Positions 56,351 through 64,000 of a DNA stretch of 64,000 nucleotides are shown here, piece after piece. Source of the stretch: a bacterium. GTDB taxonomy: Bacteria > Patescibacteriota > WWE3 > 2-01-FULL-39-13 > JAACPI01. A model generated the notes under the pieces. It ran no database searches and was not told where the DNA came from. It saw nothing but the letters and a program-made list of their open reading frames with translations. Position numbers and translations under genes: made by a program. The stretch's first letter is position 1, and each line of letters opens with the position of its first letter. The stretch lies in the NCBI GenBank assembly GCA_009995545.1, contig JAACPI010000003.1, forward strand, positions 5,781 through 69,780, written 5' to 3'.

Positions 56351-58453
56351 ATGTTTGATTTAGTATCAACGTATTCCCCGGCAGGAGATCAACCAAGGGC
56401 AATTAAAGAACTTACAAAAAGAGTAAAAGATAAAGAGAAAAACACAGTTTTACTAGGTGTTACTGGAAGTGGTAAAACCTATACAATTGCAAATGTAGTT
56501 AAAGAAATAAACAAGCCCACCTTAGTTATTAGTCACAATAAAACTTTAGCTGGGCAACTTTTTCAAGAATTTAGAGACTTTTTTCCAAACAATGCTGTCG
56601 AGTACTTTGTAAGTTATTATGATTACTACCAACCTGAAAGCTATATTCCAAGCAGTGATACCTATATAGAAAAAGAGGCTGAGAGAAACGATGAAATTGA
56701 TCGTTTAAGACTTTCTGCAACTACTAGTCTTAGTACTAGAAAAGATGTTTTAGTAGTTGCATCTGTAAGCTGTATTTATAATCTTGGCTCCCCTATCGAG
56801 TATGCAAGCAATATTATAGAAGTTGTTAAAGGAATGAATTTACGAAGACAAGACCTATTTTTAAAACTGTCAGATTTGCAGTACGAGCGAAACGATTTTG
56901 AACTAAAACGATCTACTTATAAAGTAGCCGGAGATAGCATTAATATTTACCCAAGTTATGAAAAAGAAATTGTTAAATTTGTTTTTTTAGAAAATACCCT
57001 AACCAATATTTTTAGAGTAGATCCAATTACTGGAATTATTTTGCAAGAACTTAACCAATTTAGTCTTTTTCCAGCTAAACATTACGTAACCGCAGAAGAA
57101 CGAAAAGAGCAGGGTTTAAAAAATATGGAAATTGATTTAAATAAAAGAATTGAAGAACTTAAACAAAGTGGAAGAGTTGTAGAAGCCTATCGTTTAGAGC
57201 AAAGAACAAAACACGATATAGAAATGATTAACGAGGTAGGGTACTGTAGCGGAATAGAAAATTATTCAATTTATTTTGATGGACGAAAACAGGGTGACTC
57301 CCCTTTTACTTTATTAGACTTTTTTCCTAAAGATTATTTATTAGTTATCGACGAGTCACATATAACGGTACCCCAAATTGGAGGTATGTCTGCAGGAGAC
57401 AGGAGTCGAAAAGAAACTTTAGTTGAATACGGTTTTAGGTTACCGAGTGCTCTGGATAACAGACCTTTAAACTTTACGGAATTTGAACGAAGAATGGGCC
57501 AAAGTACTATTTATACCAGTGCCACACCTGGGGACTTTGAATTAACTAGAATTAAAGCCTCTACCTCAAAGAAAAAAGGTAAATTAGCGGATAAACCTGA
57601 GGTAACCAAGCAATACTTTAGTGATCTTAAAAAGCATAAAGGGATAATAGAACTTATTGTTAGACCAACAGGATTAATAGACCCCGAAATAGAAGTTAAA
57701 CCAACAGAAGGTCAAATAGAAGATTTAATAAAAAATATAAAGCAAACTATTTCTAAAGATCAAAGAGTATTGGTAACAACTCTAACTAAGAGAATGTCCG
57801 AAGAACTAAGTAGGTATATCGAAGATAGGGGTATTAAAGTAGCCTACTTACACAGTGATATAGAAACTTTGGATAGAGCAGATATTTTAGCCGACTTTAG
57901 GAAAGGTACTTACGATGTAGTTGTAGGTATAAACCTTTTAAGAGAGGGTTTAGACTTACCCGAGGTAAGCCTTGTTGCAATTTTAGACGCCGATAAAGAA
58001 GGGTTTTTAAGAAGTGATAAAAGTTTAATTCAAACAATGGGTAGAGCGGCCCGGAATTTAGATGGTAGAGTAATAATGTACGCCGATAAAATAACTGGAA
58101 GTATGAAGCGAGCAATGGACGAAATTGAGCGAAGACGAAAAATACAACGAGCTTATAATTTAAAACACGACATAACACCAACGAGTATTATAAAACCTTT
58201 TAGAGAAGTAATTATTGAGCGAGAAGACAAAAATAAGGAAAAAGACTACAAAGCTCAGGTTTTAAAAGATTCCTCGATTACTTCTGAGGATATGCAAGTA
58301 GAAGATTATGAGTATAAAACAATGGCTAAAACAGCTAAAAAAGATTTAATTAAAAGACTAGAGTCCCAAATGAAAAAACTCGCTCAAAATCTAGAATTTG
58401 AAAAAGCTAGTGTAATAAGAGATAAGGTTTTGGAATTAAAGAGAATTAAGTAA
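56351..58453 (+). CDS. uvrB: Excinuclease ABC subunit B
   Basis: GVTGSGKT, YYDYYQPE, DESH, GINLLREGLDLPEV, FEKAS..RD. Confidence 0.97.
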   Translation: MFDLVSTYSPAGDQPRAIKELTKRVKDKEKNTVLLGVTGSGKTYTIANVVKEINKPTLVISHNKTLAGQLFQEFRDFFPNNAVEYFVSYYDYYQPESYIPSSDTYIEKEAERNDEIDRLRLSATTSLSTRKDVLVVASVSCIYNLGSPIEYASNIIEVVKGMNLRRQDLFLKLSDLQYERNDFELKRSTYKVAGDSINIYPSYEKEIVKFVFLENTLTNIFRVDPITGIILQELNQFSLFPAKHYVTAEERKEQGLKNMEIDLNKRIEELKQSGRVVEAYRLEQRTKHDIEMINEVGYCSGIENYSIYFDGRKQGDSPFTLLDFFPKDYLLVIDESHITVPQIGGMSAGDRSRKETLVEYGFRLPSALDNRPLNFTEFERRMGQSTIYTSATPGDFELTRIKASTSKKKGKLADKPEVTKQYFSDLKKHKGIIELIVRPTGLIDPEIEVKPTEGQIEDLIKNIKQTISKDQRVLVTTLTKRMSEELSRYIEDRGIKVAYLHSDIETLDRADILADFRKGTYDVVVGINLLREGLDLPEVSLVAILDADKEGFLRSDKSLIQTMGRAARNLDGRVIMYADKITGSMKRAMDEIERRRKIQRAYNLKHDITPTSIIKPFREVIIEREDKNKEKDYKAQVLKDSSITSEDMQVEDYEYKTMAKTAKKDLIKRLESQMKKLAQNLEFEKASVIRDKVLELKRIK

Positions 58454-58467
58454 ATGCTGAGTTAATT

Positions 58468-59253
58468 CTAAGTTATTTCTTCTTCTACAAAACTAGTTAT
58501 TGCAGGCAGCAAGTGCTTTCTCCACCTAACTAAATTTCCTCCTTGGTAGGAGATAGTGTGAGGACCATTAAACCATATTTCAAAACTATTTGGATAACAA
58601 TGCCTTAGCCTAACCCTAGATTCTTTGGTGACAATAGAGTCATTTTTATAAGTAACAATCATGCAGGGCTTAGTACTATACAAGGTTAATGGAATTTTAT
58701 ATTTTATGGCGTATAGCCACTGACTCAGGATTAAATCTAAATTAGTTTTAGGAAAGTCGGGGCCGAAAAAGCGCAGCTTACTAGTAAGGATATAACGATA
58801 AAACAGTTGTACTCTTTTTGAAAACTTCGGGGGTATAAAGGCAATTCTTAGTAATAAGGTAACAAAATTATTAAAGAACTCTCCTGGGGTAACTAATACT
58901 ACTTTAGATATAGACACTCTTCTCCCTTCAACAATACTATTAACAACACAAGTCCCAAACGAAACACCCACCAAGGTAATATCTTGGAGTTTAAGCTCTC
59001 TAATTAAGTACTCTACGTCCCTAGCAAACATTTCGTAGGAAAATTTATCACATCTAGAAGACTTGCCCCTACCGTAGTAATCAAAACTAACTAACCTAAA
59101 ACTCTTTGGGAATAATTTAAAAAAGGGGTGAAAATAAGTACCGCTTGTTGGACCTGGAGAAAAAAACAGCAAAGTATATTTTGCCGGAGAGTTATTTGTA
59201 TCATAATAAGAAAGTACCCTATCTTTAATTGGTATACTTTTGCTTACAATCAC
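58468..59253 (-). CDS. Alpha/beta hydrolase
   Basis: DYYGRGKS, GVSFG nucleophile elbow, ND, GPH. Confidence 0.8.
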   Translation of the reverse strand: MIVSKSIPIKDRVLSYYDTNNSPAKYTLLFFSPGPTSGTYFHPFFKLFPKSFRLVSFDYYGRGKSSRCDKFSYEMFARDVEYLIRELKLQDITLVGVSFGTCVVNSIVEGRRVSISKVVLVTPGEFFNNFVTLLLRIAFIPPKFSKRVQLFYRYILTSKLRFFGPDFPKTNLDLILSQWLYAIKYKIPLTLYSTKPCMIVTYKNDSIVTKESRVRLRHCYPNSFEIWFNGPHTISYQGGNLVRWRKHLLPAITSFVEEEIT

Positions 59254-59257
59254 ACTA

Positions 59258-59959
59258 TTAGAGATTATACAAACAATAGTCCTTGCCGGTAGGGTTTTCT
59301 ATTTGAACAGCTTCTTTAGGGCTCAGTTTTTCATAGTGATAGCGAATTGCCCGCATGGTATTACTACTGCAAGCAATTACAGCACTTGCTTTTTCCTTTT
59401 TTAAAACACACTCTAACTCTTTTATAAAAGGTAAAATTCTGTAGTAAACCATTTGAGGAGATTCTCCATTTGGTGGAGGGTAATCCCAACTTCTACGATA
59501 TAAAACAGCTCTTAACGGGTCTTTTTTTATTAAATCACTCTTACTGGTCCCAGTTAAATCTCCGTAACTTCTTTCTTTAAGTCTCCAGTCAATAGTAGCG
59601 GTATAGTCCCTTTCCCCCATTGAGTATTTTAAAGTTTCAATTGCCCTTGTTTGATCCGAAGTAAAAAAGTAATCAAACTCAAAATCTTTAAGTCTTGGGG
59701 CTAGGGCTTTTGCGTCCCTAATTCCCTGTTCTGTAAGCTTTGCGTTGTTTCTCCAACCACTATGTATTCTAGCAACATTATCTTCACTTTGACCGTGTCT
59801 AAAAACTACTATAAAAGGTCTTTTGTTTAAGTCACCTTTTGGGAGATCTTCTCCCCTGGATTTTCCGGGATTTTTTAAAGAAGCAACCGCCGAAGCTGCG
59901 TCAAAAACAAATAATTTATTTAGTTCTTTTTTGGGTATTTTATCAAGCAGGCTTGGCAT
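59258..59959 (-). CDS. gpmA: Histidine phosphatase, 2,3-BPG-dependent phosphoglycerate mutase-like
   Basis: RHGQS, HSGW, LKERSYGDLTG, RRSW...PPNGES. Confidence 0.8.
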   Translation of the reverse strand: MPSLLDKIPKKELNKLFVFDAASAVASLKNPGKSRGEDLPKGDLNKRPFIVVFRHGQSEDNVARIHSGWRNNAKLTEQGIRDAKALAPRLKDFEFDYFFTSDQTRAIETLKYSMGERDYTATIDWRLKERSYGDLTGTSKSDLIKKDPLRAVLYRRSWDYPPPNGESPQMVYYRILPFIKELECVLKKEKASAVIACSSNTMRAIRYHYEKLSPKEAVQIENPTGKDYCLYNL

Positions 59960-59973
59960 AAATAGTTATAAAT

Positions 59974-60003
59974 TACCCCGGGTAGGTGACTTTACCCGGG
60001 GTA
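59974..60003. terminator. GC-rich hairpin between ppsA and the gpmA-like gene
   Basis: taccccgggta-ggtgactt-tacccggggta, perfect 11-bp stem. Confidence 0.6.
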
Positions 60004-60011
60004 GAAAAATC

Positions 60012-62276
60012 TTAATTACTATGTTTTTTCTGTTCTGCTAAGTAAGTTAGATGTCTTGTTCTATCTATTACATCAGGGCTTACACTAATACTGGTTATTC
60101 CCCAGTCAACTAACATATCTGTTAACTCAGGAAACACTGAAGGTGCTTGGCCACAGATAGAGCAGGTAACATTATTTTTAGCACATGTTCTAACTATTTT
60201 TTCTAATGCCCAAAGTACAGCAGGGTCCATCTCGTTATAATCTTTAGCTACCCTAGCATTATCTCTATCAACACCAAGTAACAACATAGTTAAGTCATTA
60301 GAACCAATAGAACATCCGTCTATACCAATTTCTAAGAACTGCTCTAGTAATATTACGTTAGAAGGTATTTCTACCATCATCCAAAGTTGGAAGTCGGCAC
60401 TTCTTCTAAGACCGTGCGCATCTACAATTTGTTTTACCTCTTTTAATTCTGGAACATTTCGAACAAAAGGTAACATTAGGTGTAAATTTTTAAACCCGTG
60501 TTTGTTTCTAACTCTTTTCATTGCTTCAATCTCTAATTTAAATACCTCAGCATCTTCTACATACCTGCTAACACCTCTAAAACCAATTAAAGGGTTATCT
60601 TCTTGAGTTTCAAACTTGGCTCCCCCCTCTAAAGAGGCGTACTCGTTTGTTTTAAAGTCGGTAGCCCTATAAACTACAGGTCGCGGACTAAAGCTTTTAG
60701 CAAACGAAAGCATTCCTTCTTCAAGTTTAGATGTAAACTCCTCACCTTTGCCTTCTTCTATAAAAGCTCTTGGGTGCTTACCAATATCAGCTATCATAAA
60801 TTCGGCTCTAAGTAGGCCAACACCATCTACCTTGTGTTTAGCCATGTCTTCAGCCAAATCAGGTTCAGCTAAATTTAAGTAAACTTTTGTGGCTGTTTTT
60901 TCGTTTTTATGTTCGTAATCAATAATTTTTTCGCTAAGTTCTGCTCTTTTGTCCCCCATATACACGGTACCTTTATAGCCATTAACAGTTATTAAGTCTC
61001 CTTCTTTTAAGGTTTTTGTAGCTACTTCTGATCCCACAATACAAGGAATACCTAATTCTCTACTAACAATTGCAGCATGGCTAGTTCGACCACCTTTATC
61101 GGTAACAATTGCTACTGCTTTACGCATAGCAGGCACAAAATCGGGGTCAGTCATTTCGGTAACCAAAATATCACCCTTTTCTATTTTTGATATTTCTTTA
61201 GCGCTGGTTAAAATTCTAACTTTTCCAACACCAACTCCAGGGGAAGCGCTTAAACCTGTTAAAAGTAGGTCTTTGTTTCCTATATCAACTGTTAAATCTT
61301 CTGTTTTTATTTTTAAGGTTGTAACAGGTCTACTTTGTACAATGTATAGTTTTCCTTTTTGTAAAGCCCATTCTATGTCTTGGGGTCTACCGTAATGTTC
61401 TTCTATTTTTGCTCCAAGTTTAGCTAATTCTACAACGTAATTATCTTCTAATTTTTGCTTTTCTTTATACTCGGCACTTACGTCTATTTTTCCAGAAATA
61501 GTATCTTGCCACTGTTGTTTTACTATGTACTTTTTAACTATTTCAAATGTTTTTTTATCAATTAAATATTGATCGGGAGTTAATTCTCCAGAAACAATAG
61601 GTTGTCCTAAACCGTAAACTGCCTCTATGGAAAGTTGGGTGGTGTCGTTGGTTAGAGGATTTACCGTAAACATAATTCCACTTACCTCGCTTTGAACCAT
61701 AAGTTGAACTGGAACAGCTATACCAACTTTAAAATGATCAAAACCTTGAGTTTGTCGGTAATATATAGCCCTTGCACCAAATAGAGAAGCCCAACACATT
61801 TGAACATTTTTAACTACGTTTTCAGCACCTTTAATATTTAAGTAGGTATCTTGTTGTCCTGCAAAAGAGGCATCTGGTAAATCTTCAGCCGTTGCAGAGG
61901 ATCTGACAGCAACCAACTGATCTTGGTTACCACATAATGTATGATAACTAGAAGTTATTTGCTCTTTTATTTCTCCAGGTAATTCTGCACTTAAGATAGC
62001 TTGCATTATATTATCTGAGGCTTTTTTTAAGGTATCCGAGTTTTGAACGTCTAAATTGGCTAACTCGGTGGATATTTTGTGTCTTAAAGAACTTTTATCT
62101 AAAAACTGGTAGTAAGACTCGGAGGTAACAACAAAACCATCGGGCACAGGTATACCCGCGTTTATCATTTCGCCTAGGTTAGCTCCTTTTCCTCCGGCTA
62201 AATCTAAACTACCCTTGTTTAATTCGTGAAACTTTGCTACTAAAGGTTTTAGGGAAGTAATTGTTTGATCAGGCAT
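60012..62276 (-). CDS. ppsA: Phosphoenolpyruvate synthase
   Basis: GGKGANLGE, VRSSATAED, GGRTSHAAIVSRE, GLLRAEF, SIGSNDL, CGQAPS. Confidence 0.95.
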   Translation of the reverse strand: MPDQTITSLKPLVAKFHELNKGSLDLAGGKGANLGEMINAGIPVPDGFVVTSESYYQFLDKSSLRHKISTELANLDVQNSDTLKKASDNIMQAILSAELPGEIKEQITSSYHTLCGNQDQLVAVRSSATAEDLPDASFAGQQDTYLNIKGAENVVKNVQMCWASLFGARAIYYRQTQGFDHFKVGIAVPVQLMVQSEVSGIMFTVNPLTNDTTQLSIEAVYGLGQPIVSGELTPDQYLIDKKTFEIVKKYIVKQQWQDTISGKIDVSAEYKEKQKLEDNYVVELAKLGAKIEEHYGRPQDIEWALQKGKLYIVQSRPVTTLKIKTEDLTVDIGNKDLLLTGLSASPGVGVGKVRILTSAKEISKIEKGDILVTEMTDPDFVPAMRKAVAIVTDKGGRTSHAAIVSRELGIPCIVGSEVATKTLKEGDLITVNGYKGTVYMGDKRAELSEKIIDYEHKNEKTATKVYLNLAEPDLAEDMAKHKVDGVGLLRAEFMIADIGKHPRAFIEEGKGEEFTSKLEEGMLSFAKSFSPRPVVYRATDFKTNEYASLEGGAKFETQEDNPLIGFRGVSRYVEDAEVFKLEIEAMKRVRNKHGFKNLHLMLPFVRNVPELKEVKQIVDAHGLRRSADFQLWMMVEIPSNVILLEQFLEIGIDGCSIGSNDLTMLLLGVDRDNARVAKDYNEMDPAVLWALEKIVRTCAKNNVTCSICGQAPSVFPELTDMLVDWGITSISVSPDVIDRTRHLTYLAEQKKHSN

Positions 62277-62310
62277 ATTTGGGCATGTAATTTACTAAAT
62301 TTATTATATG

Positions 62311-63945
62311 CTATTTATTAGCTAAAGGTAAGTTAAAACTAAATGTAGAACCTTCTCCCTCAGTGGAAGTAACCGTGATTCTCCCACCGTGCTTTTCTAC
62401 TATAGACTTAGCTATAACAAGACCTAAACCGGTACTTTTAAAAGATTTACTAACAGGAGTACCTGCCTTTATAAACTTGTGAAATATTTCGTTTTTACGA
62501 ACTTTAGACATTCCTAATCCGGTATCCGTAATAGATATTTGAGCATCATTTTTAACCTTTGTAAGAGTTACTTTTATACTTCCTTTTTTAGTATATTTAT
62601 TTGCATTAGAAATTAAATTGTTAACTACCCTTTCCATAAGCTCGGGATCAAACTTTGCGTACATAGGTGTTTTTGGAACTTTAACAAAGAATTTTAGTGA
62701 CCGGTTTTCCACAGTACCTCTAAAGTGTTCTGACTTTGTAGCTACAAATTTACCCAAATCTTCTAATTTTTTATTAATTATAAATTCGTCGCTTTCTATT
62801 TTAGACACGTCTAACAGGTTATTTACTGTATTTAACAAACTTAAAGCACTACCCTTAATATCTTCTAACATATCTACTTTTTGGCTCTTTTTTAGCTGAC
62901 TATCTCGTTTAACTAAAATATCCGCAGCATCTTTTATTACCGTTAAAGGGGCTCTAAGATCGTGAACCATCATATTTGTATTATCTACTCGAAGTTTTTC
63001 AATTTTTAAATCATTGGTTATGTCTATAAACCTAATCAGTAAAATAGAATTACCCAGATCTTGTGAGTTTACTTCGTAAGTGTGATCAAAAATATTAATA
63101 TTTTGTTTTTTGCTTTTGGTAGAAAAAATAGTTTTAAAAATACCAGATTTATCTTCTTTAAAAACTTTAGTAAAGGCTAATTCAACGTCTAAAGGGTAAC
63201 TATCGATTTTAAAAGTATCTTTTGCAAGTTTATTTGCGTAAATCAATTTATTGTGACCCTTTACTAGCAAAATACCCTGCGAGAAAGAATTAAAAATGTT
63301 AGATACAAATTCTAGGTCTTGATTTGAAAATGTTTTTAACGACTTACTTAAATTTAAGTAGTCTTCTGTAGCAAGTAAAACTAGCTTTTTAAAATCCTTT
63401 TCTTTTTTTAAATCGGAAGTTAAAACAAAAGTAAGTACAGGTACATCTTCTACTTTTTGTAAAGAAAACTTCACATTACCCTTTACACTAGGGATAGAAA
63501 TAGTGTTCTTTGACTCGGTCAATGTCTCTAAAAAATTCAAATTTCCAACATCGATTTTTGTGTTTTTAGAAAAATAGTTTACACAATCTCTAACAAGTAT
63601 TTTATATTCAGAATCTGGTAAGTTTACCGGTTTATTAACTGTAAAATAAAGGTTTTTATCTTTAACGTAAACAGTTCCAGAGACTGTAAACTGTGGAACT
63701 GCTGAAAGTACAGTTAGAAGCGACTTAGAAAAAAAGTCTATGCTAGGAATCTTATCTAGCTTTTGATTAATATAATTATTAAAAGAATATAAACTTTTAT
63801 AACTACTAATGTCCTGAGAAAGATCTTCATCGTTTTTAAAGGTTTGAAGTAATTTAGATCTGTAAGAATAGGCAAACAGAGCTAAAAAAACCACTAAAAA
63901 CAGTAATAAAAACAACAAGAAATATAATATTGGTTCGGGCAGCAT
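62311..63945 (-). CDS. Sensor histidine kinase (N-terminal TM, PAS-like, HisKA-HATPase)
   Basis: HDLRAPL, NLISNANKY, DTGLG, GLGL, GSTF. Confidence 0.9.
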   Translation of the reverse strand: MLPEPILYFLLFLLLFLVVFLALFAYSYRSKLLQTFKNDEDLSQDISSYKSLYSFNNYINQKLDKIPSIDFFSKSLLTVLSAVPQFTVSGTVYVKDKNLYFTVNKPVNLPDSEYKILVRDCVNYFSKNTKIDVGNLNFLETLTESKNTISIPSVKGNVKFSLQKVEDVPVLTFVLTSDLKKEKDFKKLVLLATEDYLNLSKSLKTFSNQDLEFVSNIFNSFSQGILLVKGHNKLIYANKLAKDTFKIDSYPLDVELAFTKVFKEDKSGIFKTIFSTKSKKQNINIFDHTYEVNSQDLGNSILLIRFIDITNDLKIEKLRVDNTNMMVHDLRAPLTVIKDAADILVKRDSQLKKSQKVDMLEDIKGSALSLLNTVNNLLDVSKIESDEFIINKKLEDLGKFVATKSEHFRGTVENRSLKFFVKVPKTPMYAKFDPELMERVVNNLISNANKYTKKGSIKVTLTKVKNDAQISITDTGLGMSKVRKNEIFHKFIKAGTPVSKSFKSTGLGLVIAKSIVEKHGGRITVTSTEGEGSTFSFNLPLANK

Positions 63946-64000
63946 TTTTTATTAAACCATTGAATTTACTTTGGCGGAAAGTTCTTGAGGTACTATTCTA

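Noticed and set aside
1-64000. Alternative genetic code (UGA recoding as in Gracilibacteria/Absconditabacteria)
   Set aside because: Conserved genes such as uvrA, uvrB, ppsA and hisS are full length in code 11

Overview
AT-rich bacterial chromosomal segment that reads cleanly in genetic code 11. Gene content and style point to a Patescibacteria/CPR genome, possibly Microgenomates/WWE3-like (inference). Left to right: (1) 1-4445, a SipW signal peptidase operon with TasA-like secreted substrates; (2) class I aldolase, PBP1A and two Cys-rich surface proteins, one ending in an LPXTG-like IPDTG sorting signal; (3) about 16.1-33 kb, an accessory region anchored at tRNA-His; (4) about 33-64 kb, mostly core genes (dipZ, trhO, hisS, secG, uvrC, uvrA, HelD-like, eno, rsmI, DUF368, lexA-uvrB, gpmA-like, ppsA, histidine kinase). 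The most striking structure is in region 3. Downstream of tRNA-His, 1-3 gene units are separated by about ten dispersed direct repeats. The fuller copies resemble a tRNA-His 3' end and end in a TTTACA -35 box placed 17 nt before a -10 box. This looks like an integron-like cassette array with no integrase in view. One unit is a non-discriminating AspRS preceded by a T-box riboswitch with an ultrashort Stem I and an Asn (AAC) specifier. Many other genes appear leaderless, with an extended -10 box 6 nt before ATG. All product calls come from motif recognition by eye; no searches were run.
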